The translations under genes were made by a program, and so were the position numbers. From an uncultured Candidatus Saccharimonadales bacterium (lineage in GTDB: Bacteria; Patescibacteriota; Saccharimonadia; UBA4664), in contig CAZSRA010000001.1 of assembly GCA_964609585.1 (NCBI GenBank), positions 45,816 to 109,815 of the forward strand: a stretch of DNA of 64,000 nucleotides, given 5' to 3'. This document shows positions 21,149-31,500 of this stretch, piece after piece. The number at the start of each line of letters is the position of its first letter. The stretch's first letter is position 1. A model generated the notes under the pieces. It searched no databases and had not been told where the DNA came from. It was given only the letters and a program-made list of their open reading frames with translations.

Positions 21149-22261
21149 ATGAAAATAAAAAACCTGCTTGCTAGAAGTCTGATTGTAATGATTGCGGTGG
21201 CGCTTGTGCCTGCATTTGTGAGCGAGGCAGCGCAGCCCACAAACCGGGTGTTGGCACTAGGAAGTTCGGCTACTAGTGCGGTTACGACATACGCGTTTAG
21301 TTTTAAACCTGCAACGACCGGGAATATTGGGGCGATAAAATTTGAGGTTTGCGACTCGCCACTTGAGGCTTTTGGTTGTGTGAATACGGGCGACTCAAAT
21401 GGTGTTAGTTTTACTTCCAGTGGCGCGAGTATCCAAAGTCAATCAGGTATTTCGGGTTTTACGGCTGGTACGGGGACACCGCCCGCTCCTACTACAAATA
21501 CGTTTTGGATTACAAATGGCACACCGCAGAATATAAATTCGAGTACGACAGTAACGGTAACATTTCAAAATGTGCGGAACCCTTCAGCTGCAAATAAGGA
21601 GTTTTATGGCCGGATGACGACTTATTCGGATTCGGCAGGAACTGCTGAGGTAGATTTTGGGGCAGTCGCAGTGGATACGGTGAGTCAAATTACGGTAACG
21701 GGTAATATGCCCGAGAGCCTGGTGTTTTGTGTGGGGACGAGTGGGACGGACTGCACGAATCTCACAGGAACGGCCGTAACGCTCGGGACGTTTTCGCCGG
21801 TGAGTACAAATGTGGGCACGAGTTTGATGAGTGCGAGTACAAATGCTGGTTTTGGATATGCGATTACGCTCGTGGGAACGACGCTCACGAGTGGGTCGAA
21901 TACGATTCCGGCTATGGGGACGCAGTCGCTGAACTCGACTGGCTGTGCAGTGAGCTGTACGTCGGCTACGGGGACGAGCCAGTTTGGTTCGAATGTGCGG
22001 GCGAATAATGTGGCGTCTGCCGGTGGAGTCTTTGGGGCGGACGTGACGCCAACGGGGGCTGGTTTTAACGGTGTAGGAGCGGGCGGGTACAATACGGCAA
22101 ATTCGTTTCGGTTTTTTAATGGTGATACGGTGGCGAATTCGGGTGGAACAACGTCTAAGGCACAGTTATTTACCAATTCGTATCTGGTGAATGTAGGTGG
22201 GGATCAGGCCGCGGGAGTGTATACAGCTACGATGACTTATATCTGTACGGCGACGTTCTAA
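21149..22261 (+). CDS. Secreted WxL-like/pilin-like subunit (paralog 3)
   Basis: Signal peptide; IKFEVCDSP; SQFGSNV; C-terminus GVYTATMTYICTATF. Confidence 0.7.
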   Translation: MKIKNLLARSLIVMIAVALVPAFVSEAAQPTNRVLALGSSATSAVTTYAFSFKPATTGNIGAIKFEVCDSPLEAFGCVNTGDSNGVSFTSSGASIQSQSGISGFTAGTGTPPAPTTNTFWITNGTPQNINSSTTVTVTFQNVRNPSAANKEFYGRMTTYSDSAGTAEVDFGAVAVDTVSQITVTGNMPESLVFCVGTSGTDCTNLTGTAVTLGTFSPVSTNVGTSLMSASTNAGFGYAITLVGTTLTSGSNTIPAMGTQSLNSTGCAVSCTSATGTSQFGSNVRANNVASAGGVFGADVTPTGAGFNGVGAGGYNTANSFRFFNGDTVANSGGTTSKAQLFTNSYLVNVGGDQAAGVYTATMTYICTATF

Positions 22262-22384
22262 TGAAGACTTTGCGCAGCGTATTGCGGCGTCACAATCTCC
22301 GCTTCGCATTCGGGGTACGTCTGAGTACTCCTCATTTGCGATGCTCATTGTTCCTTGCACTCCATCTGCGCAAAGCCTTCATTA
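22259..22384. mobile_element. 126-bp palindromic MITE-like element at a gene junction
   Basis: 19-bp terminal IR with 1 mismatch: TAATGAAGACTTTGCGCAG / CTGCGCAAAGCCTTCATTA. TA at both ends; internal GGGGTAC-gtctga-GTACTCC hairpin. Confidence 0.7.
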
Positions 22385-23406
22385 ATGCAGCTACATTGCG
22401 GCGCTCACTGGCTTGGATGCTGGTGTGGGCGCTGGGGCTAGTGCCGTTTACGGCATCGGCGGCGGGTTTGTCGCCGCGCAACATTGCGGTGGGATCGAGT
22501 GCGCAAGGGGTGACGACGAGCTATACGGCGAATTTCACGACAGCAACGACGGCCAATATTGGCTCGATTAAGTTTGCTTTTTGTGATAGTGCCACGGGTA
22601 CGTGCAATGTGCCGGCGGGGGTGGTGACGACATCGGCGACGCTATCGGCGCAGTCGGGAGCGGTCGGGTTTTCGATGGTGAATGCGACGAACGGCGCACC
22701 TTACATTACGCGCGGGGCGGCGAATTTGAATAGCGGCACGGCGGTGAGTTATACGCTGGGCTCGATTACGAACCCAGCAGCGACCAATACCAGCTACTAT
22801 GTGCGGATTACGACATATACGGGGTCGGACGGAGCTACCGGGGCGACTGATACGGGTACGGTGGCGCTCAGCACAGCTCAGCCGGTGCAGCTTACCGGGG
22901 TGACGCCGGAGATTTTGGTATTTTGTGCTGGTACGTCGATTACGAGTGACTGCACGACGGTATCGGGTAATACGATTGATTTTGGGGACTTTTCGCCGGT
23001 AGGGACGCGTAGTGGTACGAGCGTAATGCAGGCGCAGACGAATGCAGCGAACGGTTACTCGATAACGGTGAACGGTACCACGCTGTCGTCGGGCATCAAT
23101 ACGATTCCGGCGCTGGCGTCGCAGACGGCGAGTGCTCTGGGGGTGGGTCAATTTGGGCTGAATGTACGGGCTAATACGGTGCCGGCGGTGGGGGCGGATC
23201 CAACGGGCAGCGGGAGTGGGACGTTTTCGGCGAACTATGGCACAGCCAACCTATACCGATTTGTGAGTGGGGATAGTGTGGCCCAGGCAGCGGCGCCAAC
23301 GAACGCAAATACGTTTACTTCGAGTTATATTGTAAATATTGGTGGAGCGCAGGCAGCGGGCGTGTATACGGCGACAATGACGTATATTTGTACAGCTAGT
23401 TTTTAG
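22261..23406 (+). CDS. Secreted WxL-like/pilin-like subunit (paralog 4); alternative start TTG 22396
   Basis: Close paralog of the 21149 gene; ends GVYTATMTYICTASF. TTG 22396 gives a clean signal peptide MRRSLAWMLVWALGLVPFTASA. Confidence 0.7.
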   Translation: MKTLRSVLRRHNLRFAFGVRLSTPHLRCSLFLALHLRKAFINAATLRRSLAWMLVWALGLVPFTASAAGLSPRNIAVGSSAQGVTTSYTANFTTATTANIGSIKFAFCDSATGTCNVPAGVVTTSATLSAQSGAVGFSMVNATNGAPYITRGAANLNSGTAVSYTLGSITNPAATNTSYYVRITTYTGSDGATGATDTGTVALSTAQPVQLTGVTPEILVFCAGTSITSDCTTVSGNTIDFGDFSPVGTRSGTSVMQAQTNAANGYSITVNGTTLSSGINTIPALASQTASALGVGQFGLNVRANTVPAVGADPTGSGSGTFSANYGTANLYRFVSGDSVAQAAAPTNANTFTSSYIVNIGGAQAAGVYTATMTYICTASF

Positions 23407-23451
23407 CTTCAGGGTTGCACATGATCTGGGCTTTGGGATACACTTCAGGTA

Positions 23452-24432
23452 ATGCTTAAGAAGTTTGTGAGTGGTGTTATGTTGGCGGGGAGTGCAGTTG
23501 TGGCACTCTCATCTTGGGCGGTGGCTGCGACGCCACCGACAGGTGCGTCTACGGGTTCGCCGGGGCAGGGACTTGAGATTTCGCCGCCGGTGATTGAGCT
23601 GTCGGCTGATCCGGGTCAAACGGTAACGGCTAGCATTCGTGTTCGCAATGTGACTCAGGGCGAGCTGATCGCGAAGGGTAAGGCCGATGACTTTGGCGCC
23701 AGTACGGATGAGACGGGTCAGCCGAGGCTGCTCCTCGATGAGACGGGTGAGACCCGGTTTTCTTTGAAATATTGGGTACAGGGTGTGCCGGATTTGCGGC
23801 TCGCACCACAAGAGTTGAAAACGAACGTCGTTAAGATTGTGGTCCCGGCAAATGCGGAACCGGGCGGACATTTTGGGGTGATCCGGTTTACCGCGGTACC
23901 GCCAGATTTAAATGGTACGGGTGTGGCGTTGTCGGCTAGTGTTGGGGCGCTTGTGCTCCTGAAGGTAAGCGGGACCATTACTGAAAAGGTGAGCTTGGCG
24001 GAGTTTTCAGCCCTTCAGGGTGGAAAGAAAAGCGGCTTTTTTGAGCATGGGCCGATAGACTTTTTGGTGCGGGTGCGAAATGAGGGGAGTGTGCACGAGA
24101 AGGCTCAGGGCAGCATTTCGGTGACCAATTGGCAAGGTAAGCAGATTGCATCGATACCGGTGAATGCAAAGGGTGGGAATGTATTGCCGGATAGTATTCG
24201 GCGATTTGAGCAGAGTTTGAGCGAAAAGCAACTATTCGGGCATTATTCCGCTAAATTAGCTTTGAATTATGGTGGTGGCAAGCTGCTAAGTGCATCGCTT
24301 GGGTTTTGGGTGATTCCGTGGAAGCTTATCCTGCTGGTTTTGCTCGGAATTATCGTAGTAGGCTATCTGCTTAGAATTGGCCTACGTAAGTACAATGAGC
24401 ATATTATTGCGCAAGCAAGACGTCGCCGCTAA
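23452..24432 (+). CDS. DUF916/WxL-interacting-protein-like secreted protein with C-terminal membrane anchor
   Basis: GLEISPP, VPANAEPGGHFG, VRNEGSVH, FWVIPW + TM + basic tail. Confidence 0.65.
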   Translation: MLKKFVSGVMLAGSAVVALSSWAVAATPPTGASTGSPGQGLEISPPVIELSADPGQTVTASIRVRNVTQGELIAKGKADDFGASTDETGQPRLLLDETGETRFSLKYWVQGVPDLRLAPQELKTNVVKIVVPANAEPGGHFGVIRFTAVPPDLNGTGVALSASVGALVLLKVSGTITEKVSLAEFSALQGGKKSGFFEHGPIDFLVRVRNEGSVHEKAQGSISVTNWQGKQIASIPVNAKGGNVLPDSIRRFEQSLSEKQLFGHYSAKLALNYGGGKLLSASLGFWVIPWKLILLVLLGIIVVGYLLRIGLRKYNEHIIAQARRRR

Positions 24433-24456
24433 GCCGCTTGTGCTAAACTGTGAAGC

Positions 24457-25413
24457 ATGAAAGCTGGTTTATTACAGCTCGTAGCGCACGAGCATAGTGG
24501 CAAAATGCGGCCGCATGCTCACACTTCGTATGCGAGCCTTGTGTTTTTGTTGATCTTGAGCGGTATAGTGCTGCTGGCCTCAAGTCTGGCTGTGCAGGCG
24601 GCACCACCGGCGGTAAATCCGCAGAGCGGCTCGGTGGGTCTATCTGGAACCGTGCCGGGACCGCCGCCTACGACGTCGGCGGTGATTTTGAGCCCGCAGT
24701 CGGGTTCGCATGTTTCGAGTAGCCCGGTGACGGTGTCTGGGACGTGTCCGTTGCATACGTTTGTGAGCGTAGAAAACAATCAGGTATTCGCGGGCGTAAC
24801 GAGTTGTGGGGCGAATGGGACATTTTCGCTATCTATAGATTTGTTTGCTGGAGCGAATGTACTTGTGGCTAGGGTGTCGGATGCGCTTGGGCAATTTGGG
24901 CCGGATTCGGCCGCGGTAACTGTATTTTATGATGTGTCTAGTCCGAGTTTGGCTGGTGGTTTGGCGGGGAAGCCGTTGTTTTTGCAGTCGACTTCGATGG
25001 TGCTCGGCACAAGTCCTGCTCAGATTCTGGTGCGGAGCGTGACGATCGTTGGGGGTGTGGGGCCGTACGCCGTTAGTTTTGATTGGGGAGATGGCAAGAG
25101 TGATCTTGTGAGTACAGAGGCCGAGGGTGCAGTGGAGGGTCGTCATGCGTATAGCCAGCCGGGCAATTATCAGGTGATTGTAAGGGCGACAGACGCTCGG
25201 GGCAACAATGCCTTACTTGAGCTTGTGACGGTGGTGAATGGGCCAATCGCCGCATACGGCGCAAATAACGATACAGGACTGGGTGCAATGCCCGGGGTAC
25301 TCTTGACGGCTTGGCCTTTGTACACTTTGGCTTTTTTTATGGTTGGGTTTTTTTGGCTCGGTGAGCGGCACGAAAATCGCAAATCGCGACGCAATCAGTT
25401 GCATTTGCAATAG
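24457..25413 (+). CDS. Ig-like + PKD-domain protein with N- and C-terminal TM segments
   Basis: FDWGDG...HAYSQPGNYQVIVRATD (PKD); N-terminal HSGKMRPHAHTSY motif before the hydrophobic segment. Confidence 0.7.
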   Translation: MKAGLLQLVAHEHSGKMRPHAHTSYASLVFLLILSGIVLLASSLAVQAAPPAVNPQSGSVGLSGTVPGPPPTTSAVILSPQSGSHVSSSPVTVSGTCPLHTFVSVENNQVFAGVTSCGANGTFSLSIDLFAGANVLVARVSDALGQFGPDSAAVTVFYDVSSPSLAGGLAGKPLFLQSTSMVLGTSPAQILVRSVTIVGGVGPYAVSFDWGDGKSDLVSTEAEGAVEGRHAYSQPGNYQVIVRATDARGNNALLELVTVVNGPIAAYGANNDTGLGAMPGVLLTAWPLYTLAFFMVGFFWLGERHENRKSRRNQLHLQ

Positions 25414-25520
25414 GGTAGTAAATTAGGCTTGTCTAAGGCAATTTTCAGCATGAACAATGCTTGTGCTTGAGCTCAAGAAGGCCTATAATTTGTACGTTAG
25501 TTATAGTTTGCTAGAGGTAC

Positions 25521-28500
25521 ATGATTTTCAAGCTTATCAAAAAGCATTTGAGTAATCTGATAAATCCTCGTACTGCTCTGGCCTTTATTGGGCTTGGGCT
25601 TGTTTCGGTTGGAATTGCGGGACTTAATGCGCAATCGGCTCAGGCCGTGGGTGCCGCTGGAATCAATCAGACTATCAACTACCAAGGCCGGCTCCTCAAT
25701 GCGGCTGGGGCCGTGATTGCTGATGGTACTTACAACATGGAATTTAAAATCTACCAAGATGGTGATGGTTGTGTGTCTGGTGGTACCTCGCCGTGTAGCG
25801 GTACTTTGAAGTGGACGGAAGATTGGATCAATAGCGGTACGGACAAACGGGTGGTCGTGAAGAATGGTTACTTTTCGGTAAACCTGGGGAGTGTTACCGC
25901 TTTCGGTGGTTCGGTGAACTGGAACTGGGACACTTTGTGGCTAACTCAGACGGTGGCTTCGGGGAATCCTACTGGGAGCTGTACGCCTTTCTCGACTTGC
26001 AATAGTGGTAACGAGCCGGAAATGCTGCCGATGAAGCGGTTGTCGAGTGCGGTGTACGCCTTGAATTCGCAGCAACTTGGAGGACTGACGGCGGGGCAAT
26101 ACGTACAGCTAGCGCAGGGAGTGCAAGCAGATTCGAGCACGACTAACCCATCAATTTTTATCAATAAGACGGGTGCGACGGCCAACATTTTGGAGCTGCA
26201 AAAGGCAGGGGGAGATGTGTTGACGGTGAATAATGCTGGTGCGACTACTTTGCAAAATAGTACCGACTCGGCAACGGGCTTCTTGGTGAAGTCGGCCTCT
26301 GGTTCGCTGAATGCGTCGGTGTTTGATGTAGACACTTTGAACCAGCGCATCGGGGTCAACACGAATGCTCCGAGTGATACATTCCAGATTAATCAAGGGA
26401 CGACGGCGCTGCCGGGGACAGTATCGAACAGCGCTAGTTCGCCGAATGTGACGGGCTCTGCTACGACATTTACCACGAGCTTTTTGGTAGGGGATACGTT
26501 TACCGTTACTTCTACGACTAATACTTGTACGATTTTAAGCATTACCGACAATACTCATTTGGTTTGTACGGGAAATTTGAGCACGCTTTCGTCGAACTCG
26601 GCTTACACGATGGGTAACATTGGGCGGATTGGTGTTTTGGCCAATGGCTCTTTGGGCGTGGGGACGACGAGTCCGACGCAATCCTTGCAGGTGACGGATG
26701 CGGGTGGAAATACGGCATTTTCGGTAGACACGCGCAACCTCCGGGTGGGCATTGGGACGGCAAACCCAACGAACCGATTTACGGTAAATGGTGGCAATAG
26801 CTTATTTACCAATACTTCGACTACGAGTACGACGCCAACGTTGTCGGTAACCACTACGGCGACTCCGACGACGGGTAATACGATTACGAGCTTGTCGAAC
26901 ACCCTTACGAACACGCCGACGAGTGTGGCTAACACGGCAATTGGGCAGGCTGTGACGGTGACAGATGCGACGACGCTTGCGAACACGCTCCAAGGTTTCA
27001 GCTTGGTCGTGAGCGACACCGGGACTGGGGCGAAAGTGGTGCGGGGACTGAGCGTGGATACCACTGGTACGACGAACGGGTCGGCCGCGGTGACGACGGC
27101 ATTGTTTAAGGCGGCCACTTCAACTACGGCTTTCCAGGTGCAAAATACTAGTTCGCAGGCGATTTTGGCTGTGGACACTTCGGCTAATGTAGTGGCGATT
27201 GGCGGCACCCAGCCGACGGTACAAAGTGCTTCGGGTAATTTGACGGTACTGGCCCAGGGCACTAATCAGTTGTCGCTTGATACGGGTAGTACTGGAACAG
27301 TGGTGGTGGGTAGCAGCAATGCGGCAACGGTAACGATTGGTAATTCGAACACGGCAACGAATGTGACCGGGATTTTGGGTGGTGCGGGGGCGAGCGGCGG
27401 TGGGATTAATATTGGTGGTGGGACCAATGCCCAGACTGTCAATATTGGTAGTACGGTGGCGGCAACAGCGGTCAATATTCAGGGTGGTTCGACTGGCGGT
27501 ATTAACATTGGTACTTCGGGTAGTCCGACGATCACGATTGGTAACTCGGCCACGACAACCAAGATGGGCGGACGCGTCGGTGTCGGCACTGCGGCTCCGA
27601 CGGAGCAGCTGGACGTTGAAGGCCAACTTCCCTCTGCGACTATAGGTAGCGCCTTTACAACCGGAAATCCCGCCTACGATGTAGCTACCGAAGGGCAGTA
27701 CGCCTACACTGCTTCTTACGGTAAGTTTGATACTTGGGACGTTACTCGCCCAAGCGCACCGGTCAAGTTGGGAACTCTCTCCATCTCTACCGGCATCGTT
27801 TATGTGAAGGTTAGTGGTAAATATGCCTTCGTAGTAAATGGCACAACCAGTCAGCTCTACATCATAAACATTAGTAATCCTGCTAGCCCGTCACTGACTG
27901 CTACAGTTGGCACCTCAGTAACTGTGGGTACCCTAACCCAGTTAAATACGGTGGCGATACAGGGCCGTTATATGTACCTCGGCGCATCTACGGTTAGCAA
28001 TAATTACGTTCTTGTCTATGACATTAGCAATCCAGCAACTCCGCAGTATGTGGCGAACGTTATCGAAACACAAGGCGTAGACTCCATAGCGATCCAAGGT
28101 ACTTACCTTTATGCCACGATTGCTGCCACCGGTTTGCAGATAGTTGATATCTCCAATCCCGCAGCGCCTGTCAACAAGGGGTCTCTTTCTTCCTCCTCAA
28201 CTAATACCGTTATCGTACAAGGCCGGTACGCCTACTTGTCTCTCGGTACTACTTTGCAGGCGGTCAACGTATCTGATCCAACCGCTCCCGTGAGCGCGGG
28301 GACCGTCACGCTTGATAGCTCAGAATCAAATATGGTTATGCAGGGAAAATACATATATGTAGCTATCAGCACCTCGCATGAGCTTCAGGTAGTTAACGTT
28401 TCGAACCCGGCTTCAATGAGCATCACGGGAACTATCGCCACCGGAACCGAAGTCCGATCCGTCGCCCTAGCCGGCAACTACGCTTATGTATCCGACTATA

Positions 28501-31500
28501 CCAACGGCAAAATCCTCGTGTACGACATGGGGGGTGCTTATATACAGCAATTGCAAGCTGGAGGTATAGCCGCCACAACGCTCGATGTCAGCAACAGCCT
28601 ACAGGTGGAGGGCGCCGCAAGCTTTTCGAATGGCCTGCGTGTAAATCAAGGATTTAGCGCAGATGGAAATAGCAGCGTTCAGGGTAGTTTCCAGGTACAA
28701 AATGCGAGCGGTACAACAGTACTCAATGCCGACGCGACTCAGGGTACGCTCACGACTAACGGGGGCAGCTTAACTATAAACGGTATAGCGAATCCCGCTG
28801 CGCCCACACTTACTAGCAGTAGTACGGGCGGATCGCTGGCTGCTAATACCTACTTCTATAGGCTCGATGCGGTAGGTACGGGTGGCAGTGGGACAACCGC
28901 GGGAATTCCATCTAGCCCTGGGTCAGTCACGACCTCTGGAAGTGCTAGCCAAAACACGTTGTCATGGACTGCGGTACCTAATGCCACTGCCTATGACGTT
29001 TACCGCTCGATCGATGGCGGAAATACTTGGTTTTATAACCAATTCAGTAGCGCTACAACCTCTATTATCGACAATGGCAGCACCTATACATGGGCTACGA
29101 GTGGTTCTTTCTCCAATTTCAGCAATGCTGGTGGTATAAACTTACAAAAAAGTACGGGAATTACCTTCGACGCGGGTTCTGGGGGGACGTATCAGATGGA
29201 AATATTTGATAACGTTAACGGCGGCAATACCCTGACGATGGGCAACTATAACGCTGGTGGGAGTGTAGACATACAGGGTCAGAATTTTTACCTAACTGAT
29301 ACTAGCACGTATAACCACGACTTTAGCATGACAAATACGGGTGCAATCACTCTCAAAAACAGTGTGAATTCATCGGCGGCGTTTCAGGTGCAGAACTCGA
29401 GCGGAGCGAGTTTGCTGGGGGTAAATACGTTGACGAGCAATTTGAATTTGGTTGCTAATCCGTCGTTTGAAGTGACGACGAATGGGTGGAGCCTGCGTGG
29501 GGCAGCGACGGTCACTTATGACGATGCGGCTGGTAACGCACTCTACGGCGGCTCGACGCTTAAAATGGTGAATACGGCTTCGGGTGATGGGGCGAAGTAT
29601 TCATATCCTTTACTGCCGTCGCAACAATATTCGCTGAGTATGTGGGCCAAGGCGTCGGTAGCGACGACGATGATCCTGGGTCGGCAAGAAAATGGGTCCG
29701 ATGTGGAGACGGGTTGTGTGGCGGCTAGTGTAACCACGAGCTGGACTCAGGTGACTTGTACGTTTACGACGGGTGCAACGATTAACACGGCGAGCAATAT
29801 TTACATTCGCCAGACGGTGGCGGGAACTCCGACCGTGTATCTGGACGGGGTAATGCTTGTGACTGGCGCGACGGTCCAATCGTATGTGGCTCCGTCCAAT
29901 AACTTACAGGTGGATGCTGGGTCGAGCAATCTGACCCTAAACAACGCGAATACGGGTGAGCTCCAATCATGGCGGCAAACTAATGCCATGGGGACGGGCC
30001 GGCGGTACGCCAGCACCGTAACTGCTAATGGTTACATCTATTATATTGGTGGCTGTACCGGAGCTTGTAGTGCTGGGCTTGGCGTTACCACGGTGGACTA
30101 TGCCAAGATTAACGCGGATGGATCGGTGGGGACTACGACATGGTCTACCACAACGGCTTTGCCGCAAGCACGTTATGGTCACACGGCGTTTACCCTTAAC
30201 GGGTATCTTTATGTCGTAGGTGGAGATAATGCTACAGGAGCTCTAAATGCCGCGCCCCAAACCACGGTGTATTATAGTCGGCTAAACCAGACTGATGGTA
30301 CTTTGGGCAGTTGGCAGACATCGGCGAACTCCCTGCTGGCAGCGAGAGAGTTTCATACGTCAGTTACTGCTAACGGCTATGCTTACGTGATTGGTGGCGA
30401 CAATGCTGGGGCGCAGTCTACGGCATACTATGCAAAGCTGTACTCCGATGGTTCAACCGCGGCGTGGGCTACTACAACACCTCTAAGCACCGGCGCTGCC
30501 GTTCGCCGGGAGGCGGATTCGGTGGTAGCGAATGGCTACGTGTATGTGATAGGTGGCGATAGTGCCGGAACGGCGCAGTCGACCGTGTATTACAACAGCT
30601 TAAACGCCGACGGTACATTGGGTGCTTCTTGGGCTAGTACAACGGCATTGCCACAGATACGGCGCTACGAGACGACTGTTACGGCAAATGGCTATATTTA
30701 TGCGATTGGCGGTGATAACGGTAGTGGTGTTGCTACCAACACTGTTTATTATGCGGCAATTACGGCGGGTGGTCTGATTGGCTCATGGTTTACGAACGGA
30801 ACAACCTTGCCGGCTGCACGGTGGGGGCAGTCGACTATGCTTGCTAACGGGTATGTCTATGCTTTGAGCGGTTATGACGGCTCTAATCCTCAGCCAACCG
30901 TTTATTATGCTAGTACTTCACGAGTGATGCTTGGTGGTTCTTTGGATCTTGTGGGTCTTAATTCGCAGACCTTGACGGACCCGGGCGGGGCGGGATCGAT
31001 TGTTGCTGGTAATATTCGAGCCGTGGGTGCGCTTCAAGTGGAGGGATTTGCTGACTTTAATACGGGTCTGGCGGTGGCCAGTGGCCTCACTATCAATACG
31101 GTGGGCTCAAGTGCTGGGCAAACGATTCTTAATGCCAACGATTCAAGCGGCAACAGTATTTTTGGGCTTAAATATCTAGCAGGGAATTTCGGTGCTTTCG
31201 CGTCCGCGGGTGCGTTTGTGAGCAAGAACAACTATTGGGGCGAGGAGTTTAACGTTACCCAGACGAACGTCTGTAGCCGCACGACCACAACGAATGGCTG
31301 GAAGGCGCGTGGTGACTTTGGAAGTAATGGTGGTACGGCCTGTACTCCAGGTGACGGCGAACTCGCCTTTAGTTCCGTTTTGGGAGTAGCAGCTAGTGGT
31401 AATACGAGCGCGGCTTGTACTTCTAACTCGGGGGCCTGTGGTGGTAGCTTGCCAGCGGCAAACTACGGGCTTGAGCGAATATCGGCGGTGTCTACGATTA

